Origin: Escherichia coli
Lineage (GTDB): Bacteria > Pseudomonadota > Gammaproteobacteria > Enterobacterales > Enterobacteriaceae
DNA length: 64,000 nucleotides
Assembly: GCF_051903065.1 (NCBI RefSeq)
Contig: NZ_CP178438.1
Direction: 5' to 3' (one strand)
How positions within the stretch are numbered: the stretch's first letter is position 1; every line of letters begins with the position of its first letter. The translations under genes were made by a program, and so were the position numbers. The notes under the pieces were generated by a model. The model saw only the letters and a list, made by a program, of their open reading frames with translations, made no database searches and was not told where the DNA came from. Below are positions 1 through 10,984 of this stretch, piece by piece.

Positions 1-822
1 ATCGTTACTGAAGAAGCCAACAGCAACACTGAAGAAGGCCTCAATCAACTGGCGACCAACTATATTGCTGCGGTTGGCGGCACTGACAACCTGAAAGCAA
101 TTGACGCCTGTATCACCCGTCTGCGCCTTACCGTGGCTGACTCTGCCCGCGTTAACGATACGATGTGTAAACGTCTGGGTGCTTCTGGTGTAGTAAAACT
201 GAACAAACAGACTATTCAGGTGATTGTTGGCGCGAAAGCAGAATCCATCGGCGATGCGATGAAGAAAGTCGTTGCCCGTGGCCCGGTAGCAGCTGCCTCT
301 GCTGAAGCAACTCCGGCAACTGCCGCTCCTGTAGCAAAACCGCAGGCTGTACCAAACGCGGTATCTATCGCGGAGCTGGTATCGCCGATTACCGGTGATG
401 TCGTGGCACTGGATCAGGTTCCTGACGAAGCATTCGCCAGCAAAGCGGTGGGTGACGGTGTGGCGGTGAAACCGACAGATAAAATCGTCGTATCACCAGC
501 CGCAGGGACAATCGTGAAAATCTTCAACACCAACCACGCGTTCTGCCTGGAAACCGAAAAAGGCGCGGAGATTGTCGTCCACATGGGTATCGACACCGTA
601 GCGCTGGAAGGTAAAGGCTTTAAACGTCTGGTGGAAGAGGGCGCGCAGGTAAGCGCAGGGCAACCGATTCTGGAAATGGATCTGGATTACCTGAACGCTA
701 ACGCCCGTTCGATGATTAGCCCGGTGGTTTGCAGCAATATCGATGATTTCAGTGGCTTGATCATTAAAGCTCAGGGCCATGTTGTGGCGGGTCAAACACC
801 GCTGTATGAAATCAAAAAGTAA
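1..822 (+). CDS. nagE: PTS N-acetylglucosamine-specific EIICBA component, 3' portion (5' end upstream of window)
   Basis: Frame 1 is open from base 1 to the stop at 820-822; translation contains the EIIB-type motif DACITRLRL and an EIIA-like C-terminal domain; glnS lies immediately downstream as in E. coli. Confidence 0.85.
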   Translation: MVTEEANSNTEEGLNQLATNYIAAVGGTDNLKAIDACITRLRLTVADSARVNDTMCKRLGASGVVKLNKQTIQVIVGAKAESIGDAMKKVVARGPVAAASAEATPATAAPVAKPQAVPNAVSIAELVSPITGDVVALDQVPDEAFASKAVGDGVAVKPTDKIVVSPAAGTIVKIFNTNHAFCLETEKGAEIVVHMGIDTVALEGKGFKRLVEEGAQVSAGQPILEMDLDYLNANARSMISPVVCSNIDDFSGLIIKAQGHVVAGQTPLYEIKK

Positions 823-1024
823 TCTGCTTTATGCCTGATGCGACGCTTGAGCGTCGCATCCAACAATGACAAGCGGTGGAGATCTTCTCTGCCGCTTTTT
901 TTTTCATCAATCATCCCCATAATCTCAGTGAGATTTTCGATTTTCACTAACTAACAGTTGTCAGCCTGTCCCGCTTATAAGATCATACGCCGTTATACGT
1001 TGTTTACGCTTTGAGGAATCCACG

Positions 1025-2689
1025 ATGAGTGAGGCAGAAGCCCGCCCGACTAACTTTATCCGTCAGATCATCGATGAAGATCTGGCCAGTGGTAAGCACA
1101 CCACAGTACACACCCGTTTCCCGCCGGAGCCGAATGGCTATCTGCATATTGGCCATGCGAAATCTATCTGCCTGAACTTCGGGATCGCCCAGGACTATAA
1201 AGGCCAGTGCAACCTGCGTTTCGACGACACTAACCCGGTAAAAGAAGATATCGAGTATGTCGATTCGATCAAAAACGACGTTGAGTGGTTAGGTTTTCAC
1301 TGGTCTGGTAACGTCCGTTACTCCTCCGATTATTTTGATCAGCTCCACGCCTATGCGATCGAACTGATCAATAAAGGCCTGGCGTACGTTGATGAACTGA
1401 CGCCGGAACAGATCCGCGAATACCGCGGCACCCTGACGCAGCCTGGTAAAAACAGCCCGTACCGCGACCGTAGCGTTGAAGAGAACCTGGCGCTGTTCGA
1501 GAAAATGCGTACCGGCGGTTTTGAAGAAGGTAAAGCCTGCCTGCGTGCGAAAATCGACATGGCTTCACCGTTTATCGTGATGCGCGATCCGGTGCTGTAC
1601 CGCATTAAATTTGCTGAACACCACCAGACTGGCAACAAGTGGTGCATCTACCCGATGTACGACTTCACCCACTGCATCAGCGATGCCCTGGAAGGTATTA
1701 CGCACTCTCTGTGTACGCTTGAGTTCCAGGATAACCGTCGTCTGTACGACTGGGTACTGGACAACATCACCATTCCTGTTCACCCGCGCCAGTACGAATT
1801 CTCGCGCCTGAATCTGGAATACACTGTGATGTCCAAGCGTAAGCTGAACCTGCTGGTGACCGATAAGCACGTTGAAGGCTGGGATGACCCGCGTATGCCG
1901 ACCATTTCCGGTCTGCGTCGTCGTGGTTACACTGCGGCTTCTATTCGTGAGTTCTGCAAACGCATCGGCGTGACCAAGCAGGACAACACCATTGAGATGG
2001 CGTCGCTGGAATCCTGCATCCGTGAAGATCTCAACGAAAATGCGCCGCGCGCAATGGCGGTTATCGATCCGGTGAAACTGGTTATCGAAAACTATCAGGG
2101 CGAAGGCGAAATGGTTACCATGCCGAACCATCCGAACAAACCGGAAATGGGCAGCCGTCAGGTGCCGTTTAGCGGTGAGATTTGGATCGATCGCGCCGAT
2201 TTCCGCGAAGAAGCTAACAAGCAGTACAAACGTCTGGTGCTCGGTAAAGAAGTGCGTCTGCGTAATGCTTATGTGATTAAGGCAGAACGCGTCGAGAAAG
2301 ATGCCGAAGGTAATATCACCACCATCTTCTGTACTTATGACGCCGACACCTTAAGCAAAGATCCGGCTGATGGTCGTAAAGTGAAAGGCGTTATTCACTG
2401 GGTGAGCGCGGCACATGCGCTGCCGGTTGAAATCCGTTTGTATGACCGTCTGTTCAGCGTGCCGAACCCTGGTGCTGCGGATGATTTCCTGTCGGTGATT
2501 AACCCGGAATCGCTGGTGATCAAACAGGGCTTTGCTGAGCCGTCGCTGAAAGATGCGGTTGCGGGTAAAGCATTCCAGTTTGAGCGTGAAGGTTACTTCT
2601 GCCTCGATAGCCGCCATTCTACGGCGGAAAAACCGGTATTTAACCGCACCGTTGGGCTGCGTGATACCTGGGCGAAAGTTGGCGAGTAA
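1025..2689 (+). CDS. glnS: glutaminyl-tRNA synthetase
   Basis: 554-aa ORF with class I aaRS HIGH motif (PNGYLHIGH) and MSK motif (VMSKR); N-terminus [20 protein letters not shown] matches GlnRS as I recall it. Confidence 0.95.
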   Translation: MSEAEARPTNFIRQIIDEDLASGKHTTVHTRFPPEPNGYLHIGHAKSICLNFGIAQDYKGQCNLRFDDTNPVKEDIEYVDSIKNDVEWLGFHWSGNVRYSSDYFDQLHAYAIELINKGLAYVDELTPEQIREYRGTLTQPGKNSPYRDRSVEENLALFEKMRTGGFEEGKACLRAKIDMASPFIVMRDPVLYRIKFAEHHQTGNKWCIYPMYDFTHCISDALEGITHSLCTLEFQDNRRLYDWVLDNITIPVHPRQYEFSRLNLEYTVMSKRKLNLLVTDKHVEGWDDPRMPTISGLRRRGYTAASIREFCKRIGVTKQDNTIEMASLESCIREDLNENAPRAMAVIDPVKLVIENYQGEGEMVTMPNHPNKPEMGSRQVPFSGEIWIDRADFREEANKQYKRLVLGKEVRLRNAYVIKAERVEKDAEGNITTIFCTYDADTLSKDPADGRKVKGVIHWVSAAHALPVEIRLYDRLFSVPNPGAADDFLSVINPESLVIKQGFAEPSLKDAVAGKAFQFEREGYFCLDSRHSTAEKPVFNRTVGLRDTWAKVGE

Positions 2690-2705
2690 TTTTAAGTTTC
2701 GCTAT

Positions 2706-2866
2706 GCCGGATGGGGCGTTTACGTCGCATCCGGCAAGGAACAGACAAACAGTTTCAAACGCTAAATTGCCTGATGCGCTACGCTTATCAGGCCTACATG
2801 ATCTCTGCAATATATTGAGTTTGCGTGCTTTTGTAGGCCGGATAAGGCGTTCACGCCGCATCCGGC
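2706..2866. repeat. BIME: three REP palindromes (2706-2735, 2769-2797, 2833-2866) with a conserved linker
   Basis: Imperfect palindromes of the REP type (gccggatg...catccggc; gcctgatgcg...cttatcaggcctac; gtaggccggataaggcg...) seen directly in the sequence. Confidence 0.7.
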
Positions 2867-2886
2867 AAGAAACATGCAAACAATCC

Positions 2887-2913
2887 TAAACGCCGCGGTC
2901 TGCGGCGTTTTTT
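2887..2913 (+). terminator. putative rho-independent terminator downstream of glnS
   Basis: GC hairpin acgccgc/gcggcgt followed by a T-run. Confidence 0.5.
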
Positions 2914-3267
2914 TCTGCTTTTCGTCACGAATTAATTCCGCTTCGCAATTTATCCATAAAATAAATTTAAAATAACAAAACATAATTAAATAAAATGTAA
3001 CCGCTTTCATCTTGCTGGAAATTCACGCTTTTATTCTTCTGCAAGCCTTTCAACCGCAAACTTAAGCCTTGTAACAAAAATCATCAAAATATGTGCGGTT
3101 GCTCATGTTCTTACATTCTGGTTACAGAAAGAGATTGATAATTCGCGCCGCGAAAAATAGTCTGTTCCTGTAGTCAGCGAGACTTTTCTCAACGCTACTT
3201 TTTTAATTTTTATTTTTTCGCTGTTCACCTTTGGTGCAGCAATTTATACGTCAAAGAGGATTAACCC

Positions 3268-4674
3268 ATGCGTACGTTTAGTGGCAAACGTAGTACGCTG
3301 GCGCTGGCTATCGCCGGTGTTACAGCAATGTCGGGCTTTATGGCAATGCCGGAGGCTCGCGCCGAAGGATTCATCGACGATTCAACCTTAACCGGCGGTA
3401 TCTATTACTGGCAGCGTGAACGCGACCGTAAAGATGTTACCGACGGCGACAAATACAAAACCAACCTTTCTCACTCCACCTGGAATGCCAACCTCGATTT
3501 TCAGTCTGGTTATGCTGCTGATATGTTCGGCCTTGATATTGCCGCGTTTACGGCGATTGAAATGGCGGAAAACGGCGACAGCTCTCACCCGAACGAAATC
3601 GCGTTTTCAAAAAGTAATAAAGCCTATGACGAAGACTGGTCCGGCGATAAAAGCGGTATAAGCCTGTATAAAGCAGCGGCCAAATTTAAATACGGTCCGG
3701 TTTGGGCGAGGGCAGGTTATATTCAGCCAACCGGTCAGACGCTGTTAGCGCCGCACTGGAGCTTTATGCCAGGTACCTATCAGGGTGCGGAAGCCGGAGC
3801 GAATTTTGATTACGGCGATGCCGGTGCGTTGAGTTTCTCCTACATGTGGACCAACGAATACAAAGCACCGTGGCATCTGGAAATGGATGAGTTTTATCAG
3901 AACGATAAAACTACCAAAGTTGATTATCTGCACTCCATCGGTGCGAAATACGACTTCAAAAATAACTTCGTACTGGAAGCGGCATTTGGTCAGGCGGAAG
4001 GGTATATCGATCAATACTTTGCCAAAGCCAGCTACAAATTTGATATCGCCGGTAGCCCGTTAACCACCAGCTACCAGTTCTACGGTACGCGCGATAAAGT
4101 TGACGATCGCAGCGTCAACGATCTTTATGACGGCACCGCCTGGCTGCAAGCGTTGACCTTTGGTTACCGGGCGGCTGACGTAGTGGATTTGCGCCTCGAA
4201 GGCACCTGGGTTAAAGCTGACGGTCAGCAGGGATACTTCCTGCAACGTATGACTCCAACCTACGCTTCCTCGAACGGTCGCCTGGATATCTGGTGGGATA
4301 ACCGTTCTGACTTCAACGCCAACGGCGAAAAAGCGGTCTTCTTCGGTGCGATGTATGACCTGAAAAACTGGAATCTTCCAGGCTTCGCCATCGGCGCTTC
4401 CTACGTTTACGCATGGGATGCTAAACCTGCGACCTGGCAGAGCAATCCGGATGCGTACTACGACAAAAACCGGACTATTGAAGAGTCTGCCTACAGCCTG
4501 GATGCGGTCTACACCATTCAGGACGGTCGCGCCAAAGGCACGATGTTCAAACTGCACTTCACCGAATACGACAACCACTCCGACATCCCAAGCTGGGGCG
4601 GCGGTTACGGTAACATCTTCCAGGATGAGCGTGACGTGAAATTTATGGTAATCGCACCATTCACCATCTTCTGA
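3268..4674 (+). CDS. chiP: chitooligosaccharide-specific outer membrane porin
   Basis: 468-aa ORF with N-terminal signal peptide and C-terminal aromatic residue (…PFTIF) typical of beta-barrel porins; size and position (glnS-chiP-chiQ-fur) match E. coli ybfM/chiP. Confidence 0.85.
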   Translation: MRTFSGKRSTLALAIAGVTAMSGFMAMPEARAEGFIDDSTLTGGIYYWQRERDRKDVTDGDKYKTNLSHSTWNANLDFQSGYAADMFGLDIAAFTAIEMAENGDSSHPNEIAFSKSNKAYDEDWSGDKSGISLYKAAAKFKYGPVWARAGYIQPTGQTLLAPHWSFMPGTYQGAEAGANFDYGDAGALSFSYMWTNEYKAPWHLEMDEFYQNDKTTKVDYLHSIGAKYDFKNNFVLEAAFGQAEGYIDQYFAKASYKFDIAGSPLTTSYQFYGTRDKVDDRSVNDLYDGTAWLQALTFGYRAADVVDLRLEGTWVKADGQQGYFLQRMTPTYASSNGRLDIWWDNRSDFNANGEKAVFFGAMYDLKNWNLPGFAIGASYVYAWDAKPATWQSNPDAYYDKNRTIEESAYSLDAVYTIQDGRAKGTMFKLHFTEYDNHSDIPSWGGGYGNIFQDERDVKFMVIAPFTIF

Positions 4675-4723
4675 TGCCCGACGCGGCAGGTTTTGTGCCT
4701 GCCGCACGTTTGAGGAATTTGCT

Positions 4724-5050
4724 ATGAAAAAACTGATTCTCATCGCCATGATGGCATCGGGGCTGGTAGCTTGTGCGCAATCAACCGCACCACAGGAAGA
4801 CAGCCGTCTGAAAGAGGCATACAGCGCCTGTATCAACACCGCACAAGGTTCGCCGGAAAAAATTGAAGCCTGCCAGAGCGTGTTAAACGTGCTGAAGAAA
4901 GAGAAACAACATCAGCAGTTTGCCGACCAGGAAAGTGTCCGCGTACTGGATTATCAGCAGTGTCTACGTGCAACGCAAACCGGAAATGATCAGGCGGTGA
5001 AAGCCGATTGTGATAAGGTCTGGCAGGAAATTCGCAGTAATAACAAATAA
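4724..5050 (+). CDS. chiQ: lipoprotein ChiQ
   Basis: 108-aa ORF with lipoprotein signal and lipobox (…GLVAC); immediately downstream of chiP. Confidence 0.8.
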   Translation: MKKLILIAMMASGLVACAQSTAPQEDSRLKEAYSACINTAQGSPEKIEACQSVLNVLKKEKQHQQFADQESVRVLDYQQCLRATQTGNDQAVKADCDKVWQEIRSNNK

Positions 5051-5077
5051 GTGAGAGCTGTAACTCTCGCTTTTCTT
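5051..5077 (+). terminator. putative chiQ terminator
   Basis: Hairpin gagag-ctgtaa-ctctc followed by a T-rich run. Confidence 0.45.
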
Positions 5078-5091
5078 ATTTCCCTTGCATA

Positions 5092-5121
5092 AAAAAGCCA
5101 ACCCGCAGGTTGGCTTTTCTC
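5092..5121 (-). terminator. putative fur terminator (bidirectional hairpin between convergent chiQ and fur)
   Basis: Stem agccaacc/ggttggct with A-run on one side and T-run on the other, so it reads as a terminator on both strands. Confidence 0.6.
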
Positions 5122-5133
5122 GTTCAGACTGGC

Positions 5134-5580
5134 TTATTTGCCTTCGTGCGCGTGCTCATCTTCGCGGCAATCGCCTTCGGCACAGTGACCGTAAAGATAG
5201 AGACTGTGGTTAGTCAGGCGAATGCCATGTTTTGCGGCAATTTCACGCTGACGCGCTTCGATTGAATCATCACTAAATTCGATAACCTTGCCGCAGTCGA
5301 GGCAGATCAGGTGATCGTGGTGATGTTGCTGTGTCAGTTCAAATACGGATTTACCGCCTTCAAAATTGTGGCGGGTGACGATACCAGCGTCGTCAAACTG
5401 GTTCAGTACGCGATATACCGTAGCCAGACCAATTTCTTCACCCATATCGATCAGACGTTTGTATAAATCTTCCGCACTGACGTGATGGTTGTCCGGCTCC
5501 TGAAGAACTTCCAGGATTTTTAAACGTGGAAGCGTTACTTTCAGGCCAGCTTTCTTTAGGGCGGTATTGTTATCAGTCAT
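5134..5580 (-). CDS. fur: ferric uptake regulator
   Basis: 148-aa ORF, MTDNNTALKKAGLKVTLPRLKILEVL... with C-terminal His/Cys-rich metal-binding tail; matches Fur. Confidence 0.95.
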   Translation of the reverse strand: MTDNNTALKKAGLKVTLPRLKILEVLQEPDNHHVSAEDLYKRLIDMGEEIGLATVYRVLNQFDDAGIVTRHNFEGGKSVFELTQQHHHDHLICLDCGKVIEFSDDSIEARQREIAAKHGIRLTNHSLYLYGHCAEGDCREDEHAHEGK

Positions 5581-5659
5581 GCGGAATCTGTCCTGTTACT
5601 AAGCGGTTCACTTCATTAGAAGAAGTGACAGAATTTGCTCTTGAGATAATGCGTATCAT
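5573..5659 (-). CDS. uof: fur leader peptide (upstream-of-fur ORF), translationally coupled to fur
   Basis: 28-codon ORF (MIRIISRANSVTSSNEVNRLVTGQIPHD) ending 8 nt into fur; the uof leader is established knowledge for E. coli fur. Confidence 0.55.
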   Translation of the reverse strand: MIRIISRANSVTSSNEVNRLVTGQIPHD

Positions 5660-5868
5660 TATAGAATTGCCACGCCTAAATGAAAACCACAAGTCCCTGG
5701 CAAATATTGTTAATAAAAACGTGGCACAGCTTACATTTACAACGGCAAGGCCACTTGAACACCGGGACATTGTACAGGTACAACAGCAAAAGTTACAAAT
5801 TTGTAGCAATTATTTTGATTGGCATTATCTATTAATACGGCGTAGACATGAGTCTACGCCGCATCACA

Positions 5869-6399
5869 TCAGGCATTGAGAATTTCGTCGAGATGCAACT
5901 CTTCAGAAATCTGTTTAACCCATTTTTCTACACGTTCAGCGGTCAGTTCCGGCTGACGGTCTTCGTCGATAGCCAGACCGACAAAGTGGTCGTCATCTGC
6001 CAGACCTTTTGATGCTTCGAAATGATAGCCCGCAGTTGGCCAGTGACCAACGATGGTTGCACCGCGCGGTTCAATGATGTCGCGGATGGTGCCCAATGCG
6101 TCGCAGAAATATTCGGCGTAATCTTCCTGGTCACCACAACCAAACAGCGCAACCAGTTTGCCATTGAAATCAATCTCTTCGAGAGTCGGGAAGAAGTCAT
6201 CCCAGTCACACTGCGCTTCGCCGTAATACCAGGTTGGGATGCCCAGCAGCAGAATGTCATAAGCTTCCAGATCTTCTTTGCTGCTTTTTGCAATGTCATG
6301 GACATCGGCAACGTCTTTACCAAGCTGTTTTTGAATCATTTTTGCGATATTTTCGGTATTACCGGTGTCGCTGCCGAAAAAGATGCCAGTGATAGCCAT
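5869..6399 (-). CDS. fldA: flavodoxin 1
   Basis: 176-aa product from internal start [16 protein letters not shown] (flavodoxin FMN-binding loop); the six-frame ORF extends further upstream to 6516, but the flavodoxin start is at 6399. Confidence 0.9.
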
Positions 6400-6538
6400 G
6401 AGTGAAATAACCTCTTGAAACTTATTGAAATGGGGGTGGAAAATTGCCCACGGATAAAGGCAATCATAGCAGAACAGGCAGTCTTGCGGAATCAGCAAAC
6501 GAGCAGGACTGCACACTGTGCTACATGAAAGTGGAAAT

Positions 6539-6832
6539 TTAAACGATGCCCTGACTACGCAGCGCCGCCAGTTGCTGCATTAACATCTCTTCGATCAGTT
6601 CGCTACGGCTCATATTGCGCGATTCCGCCAGTTCGTTCAGCGCCTCGACAGCTTCCGCGTTCAGCTTCAGTTCGACACGCTTAAGGCCACGTACTTTGTC
6701 GCGTTTTAGTTGGTTGCGTTTATTAATACGCAGCTGTTCATCGCGCGAAAGCGGATTAGTTTTCGGTCGTCCCGGTCGACGCTCGTGCGCGAACAGATCT
6801 AATGTCGTACGGTCCGTTTGTTCTTTGGCCAT
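6539..6832 (-). CDS. ybfE: small LexA-regulated protein YbfE (CopG/ribbon-helix-helix-like)
   Basis: Conserved product [28 protein letters not shown]...; the track ORF starts further upstream at 6922, so the start is uncertain. Confidence 0.65.
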   Translation of the reverse strand: MAKEQTDRTTLDLFAHERRPGRPKTNPLSRDEQLRINKRNQLKRDKVRGLKRVELKLNAEAVEALNELAESRNMSRSELIEEMLMQQLAALRSQGIV

Positions 6833-6971
6833 GATCTTGGTGACTTCGGGGGAAACAATCAGCCAGGCGCCTGCCCGGATGGATAGCGCGCCATAATACA
6901 ACAGCGAGAGGAGTCTCGCCAACGCCCACGCGCGGAAAGCGACGCGGACGCTGGGTTTTTAATCAGTTGCG

Positions 6972-7736
6972 TTAATCATTGAGATAGCGACGGATAGCGC
7001 GTAATACCGCATCTGGTTTTTCAGCATGGACCCAGTGACCCGCGCCTGCAATCACATGCGCCCGTGCCTGTGGAAATTGTGCCAGTAAATCATCACGGTA
7101 CTGCTCGCTAACATACGGAGAATTGCCGCCAGGGATAAACAGGGCAGGGTGATCCCATGCCGGGATTTTCTCCCAACCCACAATATGCGGATACTGATCC
7201 CACAATACCGGCACGTTAAAGCGCCACTCCCCGTCAACAAAAGATTTCAACAGAAACTGAATCACCCCTTCTTCATTAAGATGCTGGCGCATTATTGCTG
7301 CTGCTTGCTGGCGAGTTTGTGCGTCCGATTCACTGACCGCGTTGATAGCCGAGAAAATCTCATCATGACGGCGTACGTGATAGTCGACCGGTGCGATATC
7401 GATCGCCACCAGTTTATCGATGCGATCGGGGGCCAGTGCGGTAAGTGCCATTACCGCTTTACCGCCCATGGAGTGACCGATAAATGTTGCTTTGTCGATC
7501 TGCAGTGCATCCAGGGTATCAACAAGATCCTGCGCCATCGTCGGGTAATTCATTACCGGATCTCTCGGTGAAAGACCGTGGTTACGCATATCAACCTGGA
7601 TGATATTGTGATCGTTTACCAGATCGCGAGCCAGTACGCCAAGGTTGTCGAGGCTGCCAAACAGACCATGGACAAGAACGATGGGAGAATTATTGTGCTG
7701 GTTTTGTGCAGTTTGCGCGCGGATATTCAATTTCAT
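6972..7736 (-). CDS. ybfF: alpha/beta-hydrolase esterase YbfF
   Basis: 254-aa ORF with HGLFGS oxyanion region and GHSMGG nucleophile elbow. Confidence 0.85.
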   Translation of the reverse strand: MKLNIRAQTAQNQHNNSPIVLVHGLFGSLDNLGVLARDLVNDHNIIQVDMRNHGLSPRDPVMNYPTMAQDLVDTLDALQIDKATFIGHSMGGKAVMALTALAPDRIDKLVAIDIAPVDYHVRRHDEIFSAINAVSESDAQTRQQAAAIMRQHLNEEGVIQFLLKSFVDGEWRFNVPVLWDQYPHIVGWEKIPAWDHPALFIPGGNSPYVSEQYRDDLLAQFPQARAHVIAGAGHWVHAEKPDAVLRAIRRYLND

Positions 7737-7920
7737 GGCAAAGTTCTTTTTTTCGCGTTGTCGGGTTAGGGTATTATGTTGACCATTGTGCCACAGGGCT
7801 GCAACAAATAAGGTTTATTCCGAGTTTTTCTGCAAGCCAGGCTTGACGCTATCCGCTGCCGGGATTTATTCATATACTCTTGGCGACTTGTATTCAGCTA
7901 AGACACTGCACTGGATTAAG

Positions 7921-8466
7921 ATGAAAACGATTGAAGTTGATGATGAACTCTACAGCTATATTGCCAGCCACACTAAGCATATCGGCGAGAGCGCATCCGA
8001 CATTTTACGGCGTATGTTGAAATTTTCCGCCGCATCACAGCCTGCTGCTCCGGTGACGAAAGAGGTTCGCGTTGCGTCACCTGCTATCGTCGAAGCGAAG
8101 CCGGTCAAAACGATTAAAGACAAGGTTCGCGCAATGCGTGAACTTCTGCTTTCGGATGAATACGCAGAGCAAAAGCGAGCGGTCAATCGCTTTATGCTGC
8201 TGTTGTCTACACTATATTCTCTTGACGCCCAGGCGTTTGCCGAAGCAACGGAATCGTTGCACGGTCGTACACGCGTTTACTTTGCGGCAGATGAACAAAC
8301 GCTGCTGAAAAATGGTAATCAGACCAAGCCGAAACATGTGCCAGGCACGCCGTATTGGGTGATCACCAACACCAACACCGGCCGTAAATGCAGCATGATC
8401 GAACACATCATGCAGTCGATGCAATTCCCGGCGGAATTGATTGAGAAGGTTTGCGGAACTATCTAA
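7921..8466 (+). CDS. seqA: replication initiation negative regulator SeqA
   Basis: 181-aa product from internal ATG at 7921 ([33 protein letters not shown]...); the track ORF begins upstream at 7786. Confidence 0.9.
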
Positions 8467-8491
8467 AACGTTGCAGACAAAGGACAAAGCA

Positions 8492-10132
8492 ATGGCAATC
8501 CACAATCGTGCAGGCCAACCTGCACAACAGAGTGATTTGATTAACGTCGCCCAACTGACGGCGCAATATTATGTACTGAAACCAGAAGCAGGGAATGCGG
8601 AGCACGCGGTGAAATTCGGTACTTCCGGTCACCGTGGCAGTGCAGCGCGCCACAGCTTTAACGAGCCGCACATTCTGGCGATCGCTCAGGCAATTGCTGA
8701 AGAACGTGCGAAAAACGGCATCACTGGCCCTTGCTATGTGGGTAAAGATACTCACGCCCTGTCCGAACCTGCATTTATTTCCGTACTGGAAGTGCTGGCA
8801 GCGAACGGCGTAGATGTTATTGTGCAGGAAAACAATGGCTTCACCCCGACGCCTGCCGTTTCCAATGCCATCCTGGTTCACAATAAAAAAGGTGGCCCGC
8901 TGGCAGACGGTATCGTGATTACACCGTCCCATAACCCGCCGGAAGATGGTGGTATCAAGTACAATCCGCCAAATGGTGGCCCGGCAGATACCAACGTCAC
9001 TAAAGTGGTGGAAGACAGAGCCAACGCACTGATGGCCGATGGCCTGAAAGGCGTGAAGCGTATCTCCCTCGACGAAGCGATGGCATCCGGTCATGTGAAA
9101 GAGCAGGATCTGGTGCAGCCGTTTGTGGAAGGGCTGGCCGATATCGTTGATATGGCGGCGATTCAGAAAGCGGGCCTGACGCTTGGCGTTGATCCGCTGG
9201 GCGGTTCCGGTATCGAATACTGGAAGCGTATTGGCGAGTATTACAACCTCAACCTGACTATCGTTAACGATCAGGTCGATCAAACCTTCCGCTTTATGCA
9301 CCTTGATAAAGACGGCGCGATCCGTATGGACTGCTCCTCCGAGTGTGCGATGGCGGGCCTGCTGGCACTGCGTGATAAGTTCGATCTGGCGTTTGCTAAC
9401 GACCCGGATTATGACCGTCACGGTATCGTCACTCCGGCAGGTTTGATGAATCCGAACCACTACCTGGCGGTGGCAATCAACTACCTGTTCCAGCATCGTC
9501 CGCAGTGGGGCAAAGATGTTGCCGTTGGTAAAACGCTGGTTTCTTCTGCGATGATCGACCGTGTGGTCAATGACTTGGGTCGTAAGCTGGTAGAAGTCCC
9601 GGTAGGTTTCAAATGGTTTGTTGATGGTCTGTTCGACGGCAGCTTCGGCTTTGGCGGCGAAGAGAGCGCAGGGGCTTCCTTCCTGCGTTTCGACGGCACG
9701 CCGTGGTCCACCGACAAAGACGGCATCATCATGTGTCTGCTGGCGGCGGAAATCACCGCTGTCACCGGTAAGAACCCGCAGGAACACTACAACGAACTGG
9801 CAAAACGCTTTGGTGCGCCGAGCTACAACCGTTTGCAGGCAGCTGCGACTTCCGCACAAAAAGCGGCGCTGTCTAAGCTGTCTCCGGAAATGGTGAGCGC
9901 AAGCACCCTGGCAGGTGACCCGATCACCGCGCGCCTGACTGCTGCTCCGGGCAACGGTGCTTCTATTGGCGGTCTGAAAGTGATGACTGACAACGGCTGG
10001 TTCGCCGCGCGTCCGTCAGGCACGGAAGACGCATATAAGATCTACTGCGAAAGCTTCCTCGGTGAAGAACATCGCAAGCAGATTGAGAAAGAAGCGGTTG
10101 AGATTGTTAGCGAAGTTCTGAAAAACGCGTAA
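8492..10132 (+). CDS. pgm: phosphoglucomutase
   Basis: Product starting [20 protein letters not shown] with phosphohexomutase active-site motif TPSHNP; start taken at the internal Met of track ORF 8441-10132. Confidence 0.9.
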   Translation: MAIHNRAGQPAQQSDLINVAQLTAQYYVLKPEAGNAEHAVKFGTSGHRGSAARHSFNEPHILAIAQAIAEERAKNGITGPCYVGKDTHALSEPAFISVLEVLAANGVDVIVQENNGFTPTPAVSNAILVHNKKGGPLADGIVITPSHNPPEDGGIKYNPPNGGPADTNVTKVVEDRANALMADGLKGVKRISLDEAMASGHVKEQDLVQPFVEGLADIVDMAAIQKAGLTLGVDPLGGSGIEYWKRIGEYYNLNLTIVNDQVDQTFRFMHLDKDGAIRMDCSSECAMAGLLALRDKFDLAFANDPDYDRHGIVTPAGLMNPNHYLAVAINYLFQHRPQWGKDVAVGKTLVSSAMIDRVVNDLGRKLVEVPVGFKWFVDGLFDGSFGFGGEESAGASFLRFDGTPWSTDKDGIIMCLLAAEITAVTGKNPQEHYNELAKRFGAPSYNRLQAAATSAQKAALSKLSPEMVSASTLAGDPITARLTAAPGNGASIGGLKVMTDNGWFAARPSGTEDAYKIYCESFLGEEHRKQIEKEAVEIVSEVLKNA

Positions 10133-10148
10133 ACACATTAAATAAGAA

Positions 10149-10178
10149 AAAGGGCGGTCGGAAGATCGCCCTTTTTTA
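10149..10178 (+). terminator. putative pgm terminator
   Basis: Hairpin gggcggtc-ggaa-gatcgccc followed by a T-run. Confidence 0.55.
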
Positions 10179-10198
10179 CGTATGACAAACACAGAATT

Positions 10199-10297
10199 GC
10201 CTGATGCGCTACGCTTATCAGGCCTACGAGGATGGTGCAATATATTGAATTTACGCGATTTTGTAGGCCGGATAAGGCGTTCATGCCGGATCCAGCA
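10199..10297. repeat. BIME: two REP palindromes with a conserved linker (possible RIP/IHF-type element)
   Basis: gcctgatgcgctacgcttatcaggcctac ... tgcaatatattgaattt ... gtaggccggataaggcgttcatgccggatcc; nearly the same architecture as 2769-2866. Confidence 0.7.
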
Positions 10298-10306
10298 TTT
10301 AACCGC

Positions 10307-10984
10307 CTAAAGCATAAACCGATAACCAATACCGGTTTCAGTAATGAAATGGCGGGGGCGAGCGGGATCCTGTTCCAGTTTTTGTCGCAGATGCCCCATA
10401 TAAATCCGCAAATAATGACTGTGTTCGACCGCGTTTGGTCCCCATACCTGGTTAAGGAGCTGGCGCTGGGTGAGCACTTTTCCAGCATTGTTGAGCAGCA
10501 CCGCCAGCAGGCGGAATTCAATCGGCGTGAGATGCACCTCTTCCTCACCCCGGTGAATCACGCGGGCGGCTAAATCGACGGTAACATCGGAAAATTTCAC
10601 CAGCGGATCGGGCGCGGCGGTGGCGGAGTGGCGGCGTAATGCGACGCGCAGACGGGCCTGCAATTCGCCAATGCCAAACGGCTTACTCAGATAATCATCT
10701 GCTCCGGCATCCAGCGCGGCGATTTTGTCGCTCTCTTCGCTACGTGCGGAAAGCACAATCACCGGCACCGCGCTCCACTGGCGCAGGTCGCGGATAAACT
10801 CAATCCCATCACCATCGGGCAGGCCGAGATCGAGAATAATCAAATCTGGCTTACGGGTAGCCGCTTCCAGCAAGCCGCGTTGCAGCGTTTCGGCCTCATA
10901 GACGCGCATCCCGTCGCCCTCCAGCGCCGTGCGCAGAAAGCGACGAATAGCCTGTTCATCTTCAACAATCAGAACGTTTGTCAC
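10307..10984 (-). CDS. kdpE: response regulator KdpE (OmpR family)
   Basis: 225-aa ORF, receiver domain ([17 protein letters not shown]...DLGLPDGDG) plus winged-helix domain; adjacent to kdpD. Confidence 0.9.
   Translation of the reverse strand: MTNVLIVEDEQAIRRFLRTALEGDGMRVYEAETLQRGLLEAATRKPDLIILDLGLPDGDGIEFIRDLRQWSAVPVIVLSARSEESDKIAALDAGADDYLSKPFGIGELQARLRVALRRHSATAAPDPLVKFSDVTVDLAARVIHRGEEEVHLTPIEFRLLAVLLNNAGKVLTQRQLLNQVWGPNAVEHSHYLRIYMGHLRQKLEQDPARPRHFITETGIGYRFML

Noticed and set aside
832-900. Palindrome ctgatgcgacgcttgagcgtcgcatc after nagE, considered as a REP element or a terminator
   Set aside because: Only one truncated REP-like arm is present and the following T-run hairpin is imperfect; I could not decide between a decayed REP and a nagE terminator, so it is not listed as a feature.
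4060-4839. 259-aa minus-strand ORF overlapping chiP and chiQ
   Set aside because: It is antisense to two well-supported genes and spans their intergenic region; a shadow ORF.
5526-5879. 117-aa plus-strand ORF spanning the fur-fldA intergenic region
   Set aside because: It runs antisense through the fur start, the uof leader and the fur promoter region; it is AT-rich, with no RBS or conservation signal.
8459-9859. 466-aa ORF on the minus strand, antisense to pgm
   Set aside because: It lies entirely within the well-supported pgm coding region on the opposite strand, and long antisense ORFs are common in GC-rich enterobacterial genes. No independent start context or signal was seen.
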